From Candidatus Egerieisoma sp. (lineage in GTDB: Bacteria; Bacteroidota; Bacteroidia; Bacteroidales; UBA932): a stretch of DNA of 64,000 bases. Below the pieces are notes generated by a model that saw only the letters and a list, made by a program, of their open reading frames with translations, searched no databases and was not told the DNA's origin. The DNA lies in the NCBI GenBank assembly GCA_045594125.1, contig JAZNXX010000003.1, forward strand, positions 17,924 to 81,923, in the 5' to 3' direction. Made by a program: the position numbers and the translations under genes. Positions 29,960 through 39,300 of this stretch are shown one piece after another (the first letter of the stretch is position 1; every line of letters begins with the position of its first letter).

Positions 29960-32947
29960 ATGGAAAGAAGGTTCTCTTGTATGGTTGTGGCGCTTTGCCT
30001 TACCATAATAACCTCCTGTATACAGAGGGAGGAGGTAAATTATGAAGAGTCCGGAAGGGTTGGCAAGGAGTCACTGAAACTCAATTTCAAGTTCAATCTT
30101 GTTGAACAAAAGAGCCGGGCTGCAGTGGATGAGATTCTTGTCAGGGATGTGAATCTATACTTTGTAAATAGTGCAGGATATGTGGTGGAGTGGATATTTC
30201 ATCAATCAGGAGGAGAAATAGTTTGTGAGCTCATCAAGGAGCGTTCTTATACAGTATATGCTATAGCCAATGCAGGCTATAAAATTGAGGCAAGGAGCAG
30301 GGATGAGATTGAGAGGCTGGAGATTGCCTTTTCCCACAGCCTTGCCAATATGGAGGAGTATGGTGTACTGCTTATGTGCGGCAAGAGCAGTGAAGGAGTA
30401 TTGACGGATGGAGATATTGTAAATATCGACCTTCAGAGAGCTCTCTCCAAAATCGTACTCAAATGTGACTATTCGCAGTTGAACAGTGATGTAGAGATTG
30501 AGGTGAAAAGGGTTATGCTGAAAAATGTGCCGTCGGGAACACTGCTCTATGGACCCAACAGAATAGCCTCCAAAGAGGGGGTAACTGTAGGCAGAGAGGT
30601 GATAGAGCCGGCAAAAAGCGAACTCCAGGAGGGAATTGTTCTCTACCAGTTTGAAAATATGCAGGGTACACTTCTCGCCTCAAATAAGGATGAAACCCTC
30701 AAATTATGGCCAGAAGGCAGTCTCTACTCTGATATATGCAGCTACCTTGAAATGGAGGCGCAATACTCTTCAGCCAGAAAGGAGGGCAAGATACTCTACC
30801 GGTTCTATCTTGGAAAAGATATGACCTCCAATTTTGATGTGGAGAGGAATACCCAATATACCGTAAACCTTAACTTTCGTGGGGATGGTGCCGTGGATGA
30901 GAATAGCTGGAGGGTGGATAACAGCGAGATAGTCGATCTGGTCACCTCACTTGAACTTGCTCCCGATTACCATAAATTCTTCGGACTGGAAGGCTCGCTC
31001 CCGATAGTTGCCAGGATAATGCCGTTGACAGCAGCCAATAAAATTCTCCGGTGGCATACATCAGATGAATCTGTAGCCTCGGTAACAGATGAGGGAATAG
31101 TCTCTCCTGTTGGGTATGGCAACTGTAATATTGTTGCGGAGACCACAGACGGATCCGGTATACAGGCGATCTCCAGAATTGATGTGGTGGAGAAGATTCC
31201 CGTAGATACGATAATATTGAATCCTCCGTTTATGTTCATATTGCCGGAGTCGACATACCAGATGGAGGCGCTTATCTATCCTGAAGATGCCTCAATAAAA
31301 GATCTGATATGGACGAGTGCCGATACGACTGTTGCAACAGTTGATAGTAAAGGCCTGGTAAAGAGCATCAATGAAGGGGTCTCCATCATTATGGCAACAA
31401 GTGTTGATGATACTACAAAGTCAGGTATGGCCTATATGATTGTAAGTCCGCCTACTCTGGAGATATCTCCTGTTGAAATTACACTTTTTGTGGGAGAAAA
31501 GGCAAATCTCAACTACTCAATTTTCCCTTCAGCACCTATAAGGTTCGAATCAGAAGACAGCTCAATAGCTTCGGTTATGGAGAATGTCGGTGTAATAACA
31601 GCCCATTCACCGGGAAAAGTTAGAATCAAGGCAATGGCAAATGACATTGTAAAATATTGCGAAGTGACGGTAAGAGTTCCAGAAATTCAGTTTGCCGAAG
31701 AGCATATTGTAATGTATGATGGTGAGATACGGACTATCCCGATGTCAAAATATGAAGTATATAACAATGATATGTGGGTCAGCTTCTCCCCTGAAGGAAT
31801 CCTCGAAATAGAGAAGCAGATAGGCAGCAATCTGGAAGTTAAGGCTTTGAGGGAGGGCGTAGTTACAATAATTGCTGAGGTATACGACGGCAATACCACA
31901 ACCTGTGAAGTGACTGTGGAGAAGCTGCGGATTGTTCCAGATGAAGATGATGTGGTGACATACAAACATTTCTTTACCGATATAGGATACAAAATATATC
32001 CCGACCATGCAGCTGCTCTCCTGCCTGAATTGACAATCCCGGAAGGGGCCAAAAGTTATATAGTGCAGCCTGATTCCGAAAATTCACCTGCAAGGATTAT
32101 GGCGATAGGGGAGATGGAGACTCCTGTTCCGCTTACACTCTCTATAAGTGGACGTCAGGATGTATGTGCGACAATATATTGTACAGCCAAATCACCTTCA
32201 ATCAAGGAGAGGATAACGGCTGTGGTAAATATGGGCCATCAGCAGACTGTTGAGGAACTGTTGCTCGATTTGCCACCTCAGGCAGTGCCTGACTACACAA
32301 TTGAGGCCTCTCCCGCAAATAAAAATGGTACTCCTGGCGATGGAATTATAGTGGATCTTCCAAATTCAAGGGTGCTTTTTAACAATCCGTGTAGAGCAAA
32401 CGGGCTTTATAATCTCAAGGTCAGCTATGTGGGTGATGACGGTTATTGTTCAAACAATGAGCTTGTCTGCGATATAGAGGTCTATGAAACGATCTATCTT
32501 GTAGGGGTAAGCAAGACCGACAACACCAGCAAACTCTCCTCCAATCCCGATATATACAGGTACCAGAATGAGATTATGGGCGTATGGCTTGCCCATCCAA
32601 ACTCCCTCTTTTACCAGGATGGAATAGTGGAGGACCTCGGATTAAGTTATATATATGATGGAGAGGTATATACAGATTCCCATACAGGAGTCTACAAGGA
32701 GTATGAATTTACATTTCTGCAGGATGAATATTATCAGTATGCACTTGATGAAGGGGCATTTATCTACAATGGAAAGAACAGGCCCCTATATTATCACGAA
32801 TATTTTGCCCTTAAACCAGGGTTGAGCACTCCATATCATATCTCCAGCAATGGAAACTACCATTATATCTATTCAAGGCAGTTCATGTCTGGATTTTCAA
32901 ACCTTGATTCTCCAGATTGGGATAAGATATTTGATTATGTATACTAA
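29960..32947 (+). CDS. large fimbrillin-like lipoprotein with tandem Big_2 (bacterial Ig-like) domains
   Basis: 995 aa with lipobox 'IITSC' and an N-terminal fimbrillin-like segment ('VNLYFVN', 'YTVYAIANA'). At least four Big_2-like repeats are present, e.g. 'VASVTDEGIVSPVGYGNCNIVAET' and 'VATVDSKGLVKSINEGVSIIMATS'. Confidence 0.65.
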   Translation: MERRFSCMVVALCLTIITSCIQREEVNYEESGRVGKESLKLNFKFNLVEQKSRAAVDEILVRDVNLYFVNSAGYVVEWIFHQSGGEIVCELIKERSYTVYAIANAGYKIEARSRDEIERLEIAFSHSLANMEEYGVLLMCGKSSEGVLTDGDIVNIDLQRALSKIVLKCDYSQLNSDVEIEVKRVMLKNVPSGTLLYGPNRIASKEGVTVGREVIEPAKSELQEGIVLYQFENMQGTLLASNKDETLKLWPEGSLYSDICSYLEMEAQYSSARKEGKILYRFYLGKDMTSNFDVERNTQYTVNLNFRGDGAVDENSWRVDNSEIVDLVTSLELAPDYHKFFGLEGSLPIVARIMPLTAANKILRWHTSDESVASVTDEGIVSPVGYGNCNIVAETTDGSGIQAISRIDVVEKIPVDTIILNPPFMFILPESTYQMEALIYPEDASIKDLIWTSADTTVATVDSKGLVKSINEGVSIIMATSVDDTTKSGMAYMIVSPPTLEISPVEITLFVGEKANLNYSIFPSAPIRFESEDSSIASVMENVGVITAHSPGKVRIKAMANDIVKYCEVTVRVPEIQFAEEHIVMYDGEIRTIPMSKYEVYNNDMWVSFSPEGILEIEKQIGSNLEVKALREGVVTIIAEVYDGNTTTCEVTVEKLRIVPDEDDVVTYKHFFTDIGYKIYPDHAAALLPELTIPEGAKSYIVQPDSENSPARIMAIGEMETPVPLTLSISGRQDVCATIYCTAKSPSIKERITAVVNMGHQQTVEELLLDLPPQAVPDYTIEASPANKNGTPGDGIIVDLPNSRVLFNNPCRANGLYNLKVSYVGDDGYCSNNELVCDIEVYETIYLVGVSKTDNTSKLSSNPDIYRYQNEIMGVWLAHPNSLFYQDGIVEDLGLSYIYDGEVYTDSHTGVYKEYEFTFLQDEYYQYALDEGAFIYNGKNRPLYYHEYFALKPGLSTPYHISSNGNYHYIYSRQFMSGFSNLDSPDWDKIFDYVY

Positions 32948-32971
32948 TCCTGAATGATTGTCAAAAGTTGT

Positions 32972-33022
32972 CAAAAAGTATCCTTTTCTTTGCAGTAAAT
33001 TAATAACTTAAAGAAAAGGATA
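32972..33022 (-). terminator. rho-independent terminator (for the DUF2461 gene)
   Basis: Perfect 12-bp stem tatccttttctt/aagaaaaggata. On the minus strand it is followed by a T-run. Confidence 0.55.
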
Positions 33023-33124
33023 TGGCATTCATTATGGATTTTATAGGTATTTGTGGGATAGCGGGTCTGTTGTCGACAATTATTTTTATGTGGAGAAGAA
33101 TAGACTCGCTTTTGGAAAGAGCTG

Positions 33125-33850
33125 TTACATCTCATCAAGCGCAAAGTCAACTGCCAAATTCATAAGCCGGTTGAATTGATGGCAAAGTTTGAACTTTTCG
33201 TCAAGATATTTGAGCAGCTCTTCATTCCCTCCTGCAATAATATGGTGAGGAAGCGGAAGACCTATGGAGAAGTCCTTATGCTTGAGAAGCTCTTGCCATC
33301 GCTCCTCAACATTCTCGAATCCGCGTGGAAGGCGCTTTAGTATGTTGCTTTTGTCGAGTTCAAACCCTTTGGCCTCACCGATTGCATTGAGAATCGAATC
33401 CCCATTTACAGAAATTTCATCTCTAAGACTCTGTAAAACCTTTGCGTCAGGACAATATAACCCTGCTGCAATAAGTGAGTTGCCGAGAAATCCGGTAATG
33501 TTCTGCAGACTTTTTAAAGAGAGCTCTGTTTGTGACGGTTCAAGATGAAAATAGTAGCCTGCATAGGGTGACTTCTTGCCTTTTTTACAAATGTATGCCC
33601 CCATATGCGTTTTATATGGCGATTTGTCCTTGCTGAATCTTGTATCTCTATAAATTCTGTAGGTACAATCTTTTACAGAAAGATCTGACTCTGCTATCTC
33701 CTGATCCCAAAGTGAAATCCTATCTATCAGTTTCTCTGTAAAGTCATTGAATATTGCCTGAACTTCAATATATCTCTCCTTATTATTTTGGAACCACTCC
33801 CTGTTATTGTTCTGCGACAATTCCGACAAAAAAACATATACTCTCTCCAT
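33125..33850 (-). CDS. DUF2461 (TIGR02453) family protein
   Basis: The start was moved to MERVYVFLSEL. Motifs: 'NNNREWFQNNKERY' and 'YRIYRDTRFSKDKSPYKTHMG'. Confidence 0.8.
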   Translation of the reverse strand: MERVYVFLSELSQNNNREWFQNNKERYIEVQAIFNDFTEKLIDRISLWDQEIAESDLSVKDCTYRIYRDTRFSKDKSPYKTHMGAYICKKGKKSPYAGYYFHLEPSQTELSLKSLQNITGFLGNSLIAAGLYCPDAKVLQSLRDEISVNGDSILNAIGEAKGFELDKSNILKRLPRGFENVEERWQELLKHKDFSIGLPLPHHIIAGGNEELLKYLDEKFKLCHQFNRLMNLAVDFALDEM

Positions 33851-33923
33851 ATCGGTAAAATTTCTATACAAAAGTAAATAATAAGGGAATAATAAACTAA
33901 ATTTGCAGTTTAATTTTGTATAG

Positions 33924-34688
33924 ATGGTCAGGGAATTTGATATATTTCTGATGGTTATGAGTGGAATTGCACTCATCGTATTTGTTACGCTCTATTTTGT
34001 GACGGCAGGCTATGGCAAGTTTGTATCAAGGAAGTGGGGACCATCTGTCGATAACAGGATAGGGTGGCTGCTGATGGAGGCGCCGGTCTTTATTGTTATG
34101 CTTGTCTTGTGGATAAAGAGCAGCAGAGCCTTCAACCCTGCAATTATGGCTATGGCTGCAATTTTCCAGCTCCACTATTTCCAACGCTCATTTATCTTTC
34201 CCCTCCTTATGAAAGGCAAGAGCCGGATGCCGCTCCTGATTATGGTTATGGGTATCCTGTTCAATACTGTGAACGGACTTATGCAGGGGGGATGGCTGTT
34301 CTATATCTCACCTGAAGGTACATATACTGCGGATTGGTTGGTATCGTGGCAATTTATATCGGGAACACTGATATTTTTTTCAGGATTTATAATAAATCTC
34401 CATTCCGACAATATTATACGTAATCTCCGCAAGCCTGGAGATACCAGCCATTATCTTCCTCAGGGAGGCCTTTTCAATTATGTTACCTCTGCCAACTATT
34501 TTGGCGAGATTCTGGAATGGTTGGGATTTGCCCTCCTAACCTGGAGTATGGCTGGAGTTGTATTTCTCTGGTGGACTATTGCCAATCTGGTGCCAAGAGC
34601 AAACAGCATATATAAAAGATATGGTATTGAGTTTGGGGATCAGATGAAAGAGAGAAAGTTGAAGAGGATATTCCCATTTATCTATTAA
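33924..34688 (+). CDS. 3-oxo-5-alpha-steroid 4-dehydrogenase (steroid 5-alpha-reductase) family membrane protein
   Basis: 254 aa, polytopic. The C-terminal 'GGLFNYVTSANYFGEILEWLGFAL' is characteristic of the SRD5A family. Confidence 0.8.
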   Translation: MVREFDIFLMVMSGIALIVFVTLYFVTAGYGKFVSRKWGPSVDNRIGWLLMEAPVFIVMLVLWIKSSRAFNPAIMAMAAIFQLHYFQRSFIFPLLMKGKSRMPLLIMVMGILFNTVNGLMQGGWLFYISPEGTYTADWLVSWQFISGTLIFFSGFIINLHSDNIIRNLRKPGDTSHYLPQGGLFNYVTSANYFGEILEWLGFALLTWSMAGVVFLWWTIANLVPRANSIYKRYGIEFGDQMKERKLKRIFPFIY

Positions 34689-34699
34689 AATTCTGGACA

Positions 34700-35920
34700 A
34701 TGGAATCTAAACTGTTTACCCCTTGTAAATTGGGTCCTGTTACATTGAGAAACAGGACTATTCGTTCTGCTGCATTTGAAAATATGGCAACGGGCAACAA
34801 CCCTTCAAAAATGCTGTTGGATTACCATCGGAGTGTGGCTGCGGGAGGTGTGGGAATGACAACTCTTGCATATGCATCGGTAACTCAAAGCGGATTGTCT
34901 TTTGCAGACCAGTTGTGGCTCAGACCGGAGATTGTTCCCGATTTGAGGGTAATAACAGATGCTATACATAAAGAGGGTGCTGCTGCATCCATTCAGATAG
35001 GCCATTGTGGTAATATGAGCCACCGGGAGTTTACCAAGTGTATACCTCTGTCGGCCTCTAATGGTTTCAACCTCTATTCTCCCACATTCCACAGAAAACT
35101 TTCGGAAAGAGAGATGATCGAGATGGCAAAATCTTTTGGCCAGGGTGTCTCTCTGGCAAGGGAAGCGGGCTTTGATTGTGTTGAGGTACACGCCGGTCAC
35201 GGTTATCTTATCAGCCAGTTCCTGTCGCCATATACAAATAGAAGAAGGGACCAGTATGGAGGTTCTTTAAAAAACAGGATGAAGTTTATGCAGATGTGTA
35301 TGAACGAGGTGATGGAGGCTGCCAAGGATGATATGGCCATTGTGGCAAAGACCAATATGAGCGATGGCTTTAAAGGTGGTAACGGAGTTGAGGAGGGGCT
35401 TGAGATAGCCCGGGAGTTGAAGAATCTGGGCCTTCACGGTCTTGTCTTGAGTGGAGGATTTGTCAGCAAGGCACCTATGTATGTGATGAGAGGTGCTATG
35501 CCTATCAAATCGATGACATATTATATGAAGTTATGGTGGCTTAAATATGGAGTGAGGATGGCTGGCCGTTATATGATCCCGACTGTCCCCTTCAAGGAGG
35601 CCTATTTTCTGGAGGATGCTCTCAAATTCAGGGAGGCAATCCCTGATATTCCACTGATTTATGTGGGAGGATTGGTTTCAAGGGAGAAGATTGACGATGT
35701 ACTTGATAAAGGTTTTGAATTTGTGCAGATGGGCCGTGCTCTGTTGAATAATCCATCTTTTGTGAATGATATGAAGAGAGGGGTGGAGCGTTGCAATTGT
35801 GGCCACTCCAACTATTGTATAGGGCGTATGTATTCAAGGGAGATGGCCTGTCACAAGAGTTTGAAGGAGCAGCTTCCTGACAGTTTGAAAAGGGAGATTG
35901 AGAGGCTGGAGCAAATGTAA
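34700..35920 (+). CDS. NADH:flavin oxidoreductase, Old Yellow Enzyme family
   Basis: 406 aa with 'RNRTIRSA' and 'VEVHAGHGYLISQFLSPYTNRRRDQYGGSLKNR'. Confidence 0.85.
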   Translation: MESKLFTPCKLGPVTLRNRTIRSAAFENMATGNNPSKMLLDYHRSVAAGGVGMTTLAYASVTQSGLSFADQLWLRPEIVPDLRVITDAIHKEGAAASIQIGHCGNMSHREFTKCIPLSASNGFNLYSPTFHRKLSEREMIEMAKSFGQGVSLAREAGFDCVEVHAGHGYLISQFLSPYTNRRRDQYGGSLKNRMKFMQMCMNEVMEAAKDDMAIVAKTNMSDGFKGGNGVEEGLEIARELKNLGLHGLVLSGGFVSKAPMYVMRGAMPIKSMTYYMKLWWLKYGVRMAGRYMIPTVPFKEAYFLEDALKFREAIPDIPLIYVGGLVSREKIDDVLDKGFEFVQMGRALLNNPSFVNDMKRGVERCNCGHSNYCIGRMYSREMACHKSLKEQLPDSLKREIERLEQM

Positions 35921-35943
35921 TGGCGTAAAATGACGGTAAAGTA

Positions 35944-36840
35944 ATGGATAAAAATGGAGCTATGAATAGGACAGGAGTGTTGGTTCATAATGGAAAGTGT
36001 GCATTGGTTACGGGTGCAAGCTCTGGTATGGGGTTCCATTATGCCTCCCAACTTGCGGCCTATGGCTACAATGTGATATTGGTAAGCAATAGGGCTGAGG
36101 AGGTTATTGAATCTGCCGGGACTATTGCTGGAGTGCACAAATGCAAGGTGATAGAGGGGTTGTCGGATTACACCGCGGAGTCAAAAGATTATCTGTCGGC
36201 GTGCGGACAGTGGGTAGCAGGAATATATAAAGATCTTTCCAGACCAGATTCGGCAAAGGAGCTCTATGATCTTTCAGAAGAGCTTAATCTTGAGGTTGAG
36301 GTCCTTATAAATAATGCAGGAATCTTCTTTTTCAGGGATATTCTGGATTGTACACCCGAGAAGGTCTCAACAATTGTGAATCTCCACGTATACACGGTGA
36401 CTATGTTGTGCCGCTATTTTGGAGAGAGAATGAGGAGCCGAAGAAGAGGTTACATTCTCAATATGTCTTCAATCTCTGTCCATACGCCATTCCCGGCGAT
36501 ATCACTATATACAGCCACAAAAAGTTACATTAGAACAATGTCAAAGGCCTTCAGGCTTGAGATGAAGGAGTTTGGTGTAAGGGTGCTTGTTGTCTCTCCG
36601 GGTGCGGTAGCAACGGATCTTTACAACCTTCCAAAGAATCTCCAGCAGTTGGGCATATATATAGGAGTCATATACAGGCCTGAAAAACTGGTGGGGAGAG
36701 CTCTCAGGCGACTCTTTAAGGGAAAGAAAAAAGAGTATATACCAGGGGCTGTGAACTATCTCTTCAAGCCTATATACTCAATTCTTCCGGAATGGTTCAA
36801 GATGTGGGCCCGCAAAAAGACAGCTTCATTCAGAAGGTAG
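35944..36840 (+). CDS. SDR family oxidoreductase
   Basis: 298 aa with 'VTGASSGMG', 'NNAG' and 'YTATKSY' (YxxxK). Confidence 0.85.
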   Translation: MDKNGAMNRTGVLVHNGKCALVTGASSGMGFHYASQLAAYGYNVILVSNRAEEVIESAGTIAGVHKCKVIEGLSDYTAESKDYLSACGQWVAGIYKDLSRPDSAKELYDLSEELNLEVEVLINNAGIFFFRDILDCTPEKVSTIVNLHVYTVTMLCRYFGERMRSRRRGYILNMSSISVHTPFPAISLYTATKSYIRTMSKAFRLEMKEFGVRVLVVSPGAVATDLYNLPKNLQQLGIYIGVIYRPEKLVGRALRRLFKGKKKEYIPGAVNYLFKPIYSILPEWFKMWARKKTASFRR

Positions 36841-36861
36841 TTATCTTAAAATAGAGTTGTG

Positions 36862-37710
36862 ATGGAGCAGAAGATTGCAGTTATTACTGGTGGAACCGGG
36901 GGCATAGGAGGTGAGGTCTGTAGCCATCTCATCTCTTCCGGATATGAGGTGTATGTCGCATGCAGGAGGATGGAAAAGGGAAAAATATTGATGGAAACTC
37001 TGCAGAAACGGTATCCTGATATGGTTGATATGGATAGAAGTGTACACTTTATTCCAGCAGATCTGGTCTCATTCTCCTCTGTGGATAACTTCTGCAACTG
37101 TATACTTGAATCGCTGGAAGGCAGAAAGATTGACCTTCTGATAAACAATGCCGGGGCCATTTTGCCAAGATTTACTGTAACAGAAGATGGATATGAGGGA
37201 ATGATGCAGATAAATTACCTCTCAGCAATGAGGATAACAGAGAAACTCCTCCCAAATATAAGAGGTAAGGTTATCAATACACTCTCCTGTACCGTTGTGG
37301 CAGGTACGCCTGCCCTTCCTGAAAAGTACCATAAAGGTTCAGACGAGCATAAATTGTGGACTCTTAAAAGCCTTGAACTCTATAGCAATGCAAAGCTGAT
37401 GCTGGCACTATATACCATAGATTTGCATAAAAGAGCTGCCGGTCTGGAGATTATGGGGGCTGATCCCGGGATAGTGGATACCGGCATAATAACAATGGGA
37501 CGATGGTATGATCCTATTGCCAATATTCTCTTCAGACCATTCATAAAGAGTGCAGCATCAGGCGCCTTACCAATAATAAGAGCCATTGAATATTCGGGGG
37601 AAGATAGAATTGTACAGAGCGGCAATTCTCCAAAACTCTTTAAAGGAGATAAAATAAGATGTTTCCCAAAGAGGGTGCTTGATCTATTCCAGCGTAAATT
37701 TATCTTTTAA
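36862..37710 (+). CDS. SDR family oxidoreductase
   Basis: An ATG at 36862 lies one codon inside the GTG at 36859. Motifs: 'ITGGTGGIG', 'NNAGA' and 'YSNAKLM' (YxxxK). Confidence 0.85.
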   Translation: MEQKIAVITGGTGGIGGEVCSHLISSGYEVYVACRRMEKGKILMETLQKRYPDMVDMDRSVHFIPADLVSFSSVDNFCNCILESLEGRKIDLLINNAGAILPRFTVTEDGYEGMMQINYLSAMRITEKLLPNIRGKVINTLSCTVVAGTPALPEKYHKGSDEHKLWTLKSLELYSNAKLMLALYTIDLHKRAAGLEIMGADPGIVDTGIITMGRWYDPIANILFRPFIKSAASGALPIIRAIEYSGEDRIVQSGNSPKLFKGDKIRCFPKRVLDLFQRKFIF

Positions 37711-37778
37711 CAGCGTAAATTTACCCTTTTGCAAGGCTTTTATGTTGAAATTCGCAAATATTGCATCAAAAATGCGAT

Positions 37779-39071
37779 ATGAAGAATTGTTCCAATTTTA
37801 TCTCTCTGGCACTGCTGTCAATACAGCTGATTGCCCTCTCATGCAGCAAGGATTTTGCCGATATAAAAACAGATTCCGGAAGCTCAGGAACTCTCCCGTT
37901 AAGGGATACTCTTCGGACGGTCGGTTATTTAGGCATTATAACTCTTAATGAGCTGGCGGTTAATGATACGGACCTTCTCTGGAGTGTGATTGAGGGTGAG
38001 GAGTGTGTGACCCTTACCGATTCTGTCATTATTGGAAGAAGAAAGGGCAGTGCTCTGCTGAAAGCCGCTTCTGGTAGCCTGGCAGGGCATATCAGAGTTG
38101 AGGTTACCGGTGAAAACTACATCCCTGTAGAGAATCTTCTGTTTGAAGTCAATGGAAGGGAGTCTCTCTCCGGGGATACACTGCTCCTTCAGAGCTGTGA
38201 TTGGGTTGGCCTTCTTCTGAAAGGGGTAAAGCCCGATAGTGCATCGCATCCGGCTATAAAGTCATTCAAGGCACTGTCTACACACTCTACCGGTGAACCT
38301 GATGAAGAGGGAAGCGCACTTTTTATGCGCAGTGTTATGGGGCTTGAAGAGGAGGAGATCAAGCTGCTCTCCCAAATACCATCACCGCTAAAATTGGGAT
38401 TCAGGGTCTATCCTTTTGTAAACCACTTTATCTTTATCGACAACAATCCGGATATCCACACCGATGACAGGCTCATTCCTGCTGACTCCATCCCAAGTAT
38501 GCTTCTTGAGTATGAACAGGAGATATATCCCGAGGGTTTAAGACTCTCGGAATGGGACCTATGGCAACTCGGAAAATATTTTACACGTGATGAGATATCT
38601 GTGAACAGAACCAGACACAGACTCTATTTTACAGATCTTGACAATTCTATAGAGATATGTAGGGAACAGAGGGGAAGCTATACGGGCATCTTTATAAAAT
38701 CAGGCGAAGAGCTGGAACTGGAGTGCAGTTTAAATGTGCCGGAGGAGTTTGAAAGTGGACTTTATTGGGCGGACGGTGTTTTTGAGGTTCACTCCAAATC
38801 ACTTGGAGAGGTCTATTCATTCGGAAACTATGCAAATAATGGCGGTAAACTTAAAATAAGCAGTTCAGGCCGTCTTTCACTTGACAGCTCTTTTTCAATT
38901 GATGGCAAGGATACCGCATATATCGGTACAGTATCTGCAATCCTGCTGCCTGATGACTGCAAAGAGTATTCTGCCCTCCATTTAAAGTATGAAGACCAGA
39001 ATTTCAATAAATGGATAGAGGAAATCTGCGGTATAAAAAACAGTGTGAAAATATATTGGATAAGAGATTAG
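37779..39071 (+). CDS. hypothetical lipoprotein with N-terminal Ig-like (Big_2-like) domain
   Basis: The start was moved to MKNCSNFISLALLSIQLIALSC, which gives a lipobox. The segment 'LLWSVIEGEECVTLTDSVIIGRRKGSALLKA' is Big_2-like. The rest is unassigned. Confidence 0.55.
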   Translation: MKNCSNFISLALLSIQLIALSCSKDFADIKTDSGSSGTLPLRDTLRTVGYLGIITLNELAVNDTDLLWSVIEGEECVTLTDSVIIGRRKGSALLKAASGSLAGHIRVEVTGENYIPVENLLFEVNGRESLSGDTLLLQSCDWVGLLLKGVKPDSASHPAIKSFKALSTHSTGEPDEEGSALFMRSVMGLEEEEIKLLSQIPSPLKLGFRVYPFVNHFIFIDNNPDIHTDDRLIPADSIPSMLLEYEQEIYPEGLRLSEWDLWQLGKYFTRDEISVNRTRHRLYFTDLDNSIEICREQRGSYTGIFIKSGEELELECSLNVPEEFESGLYWADGVFEVHSKSLGEVYSFGNYANNGGKLKISSSGRLSLDSSFSIDGKDTAYIGTVSAILLPDDCKEYSALHLKYEDQNFNKWIEEICGIKNSVKIYWIRD

Positions 39072-39146
39072 AATGATTTGCAGAAGGTTACGCTTCTTTT
39101 TCCTGTAATGGAAAGTTGACGGAAATAAAAAGCGTGATATAAAAAG

Positions 39147-39200
39147 GCCCGGTTGCGACTCTTTACATTTAAAGGGTTGCAATTCGGGCTTGGTTTTTTT
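39147..39200 (+). terminator. rho-independent terminator
   Basis: Hairpin gcccg-g-ttgc ... gcaa-tt-cgggc (5 + 4 bp with a small internal loop), followed by tggttttttt. Confidence 0.55.
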
Positions 39201-39300
39201 GAGATGGAGAAGGAGGTATTTGTCTGCGATATTAAATAGCCGATTCATAAAAGTGACCTGCAAATAATGTGACAATTTTAAACTTTATTACTATACAACT

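Noticed and set aside
33022-33165. 47-aa plus-strand ORF (MAFIMDFIGICGIAGLLSTIIFMWRR...) with one hydrophobic helix.
   Set aside because: Its ATG is buried in the 12-bp terminator stem of the convergent DUF2461 gene, and its 3' end overlaps that gene by about 40 nt. There is no promoter motif. It is most likely fortuitous, though a small membrane peptide cannot be excluded.
33851-33976. Long N-terminal extensions of the DUF2461 ORF. Similar extensions occur in the ORFs at 24632-25324, 44360, 46511-47914 and 21071-21697.
   Set aside because: The extensions encode non-conserved sequence upstream of obvious native N-termini (signal peptides or family-typical starts). Some would overlap divergent neighbours. 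I used the internal ATGs instead.
39268-39300. The leader of the fusion gene ('gacaattttaaactttattactatacaactATG') resembles the leader of the creD fragment at 43097-43123 ('gacatttaaactgattattctattATG'). This could be direct repeats flanking the cassette.
   Set aside because: The match is short, gapped and in AT-rich low-complexity sequence, with only blocks such as tgaca / tttaaact / atta shared. That is not enough to call a target-site duplication or att pair without a statistical dot-plot or an empty-site comparison.
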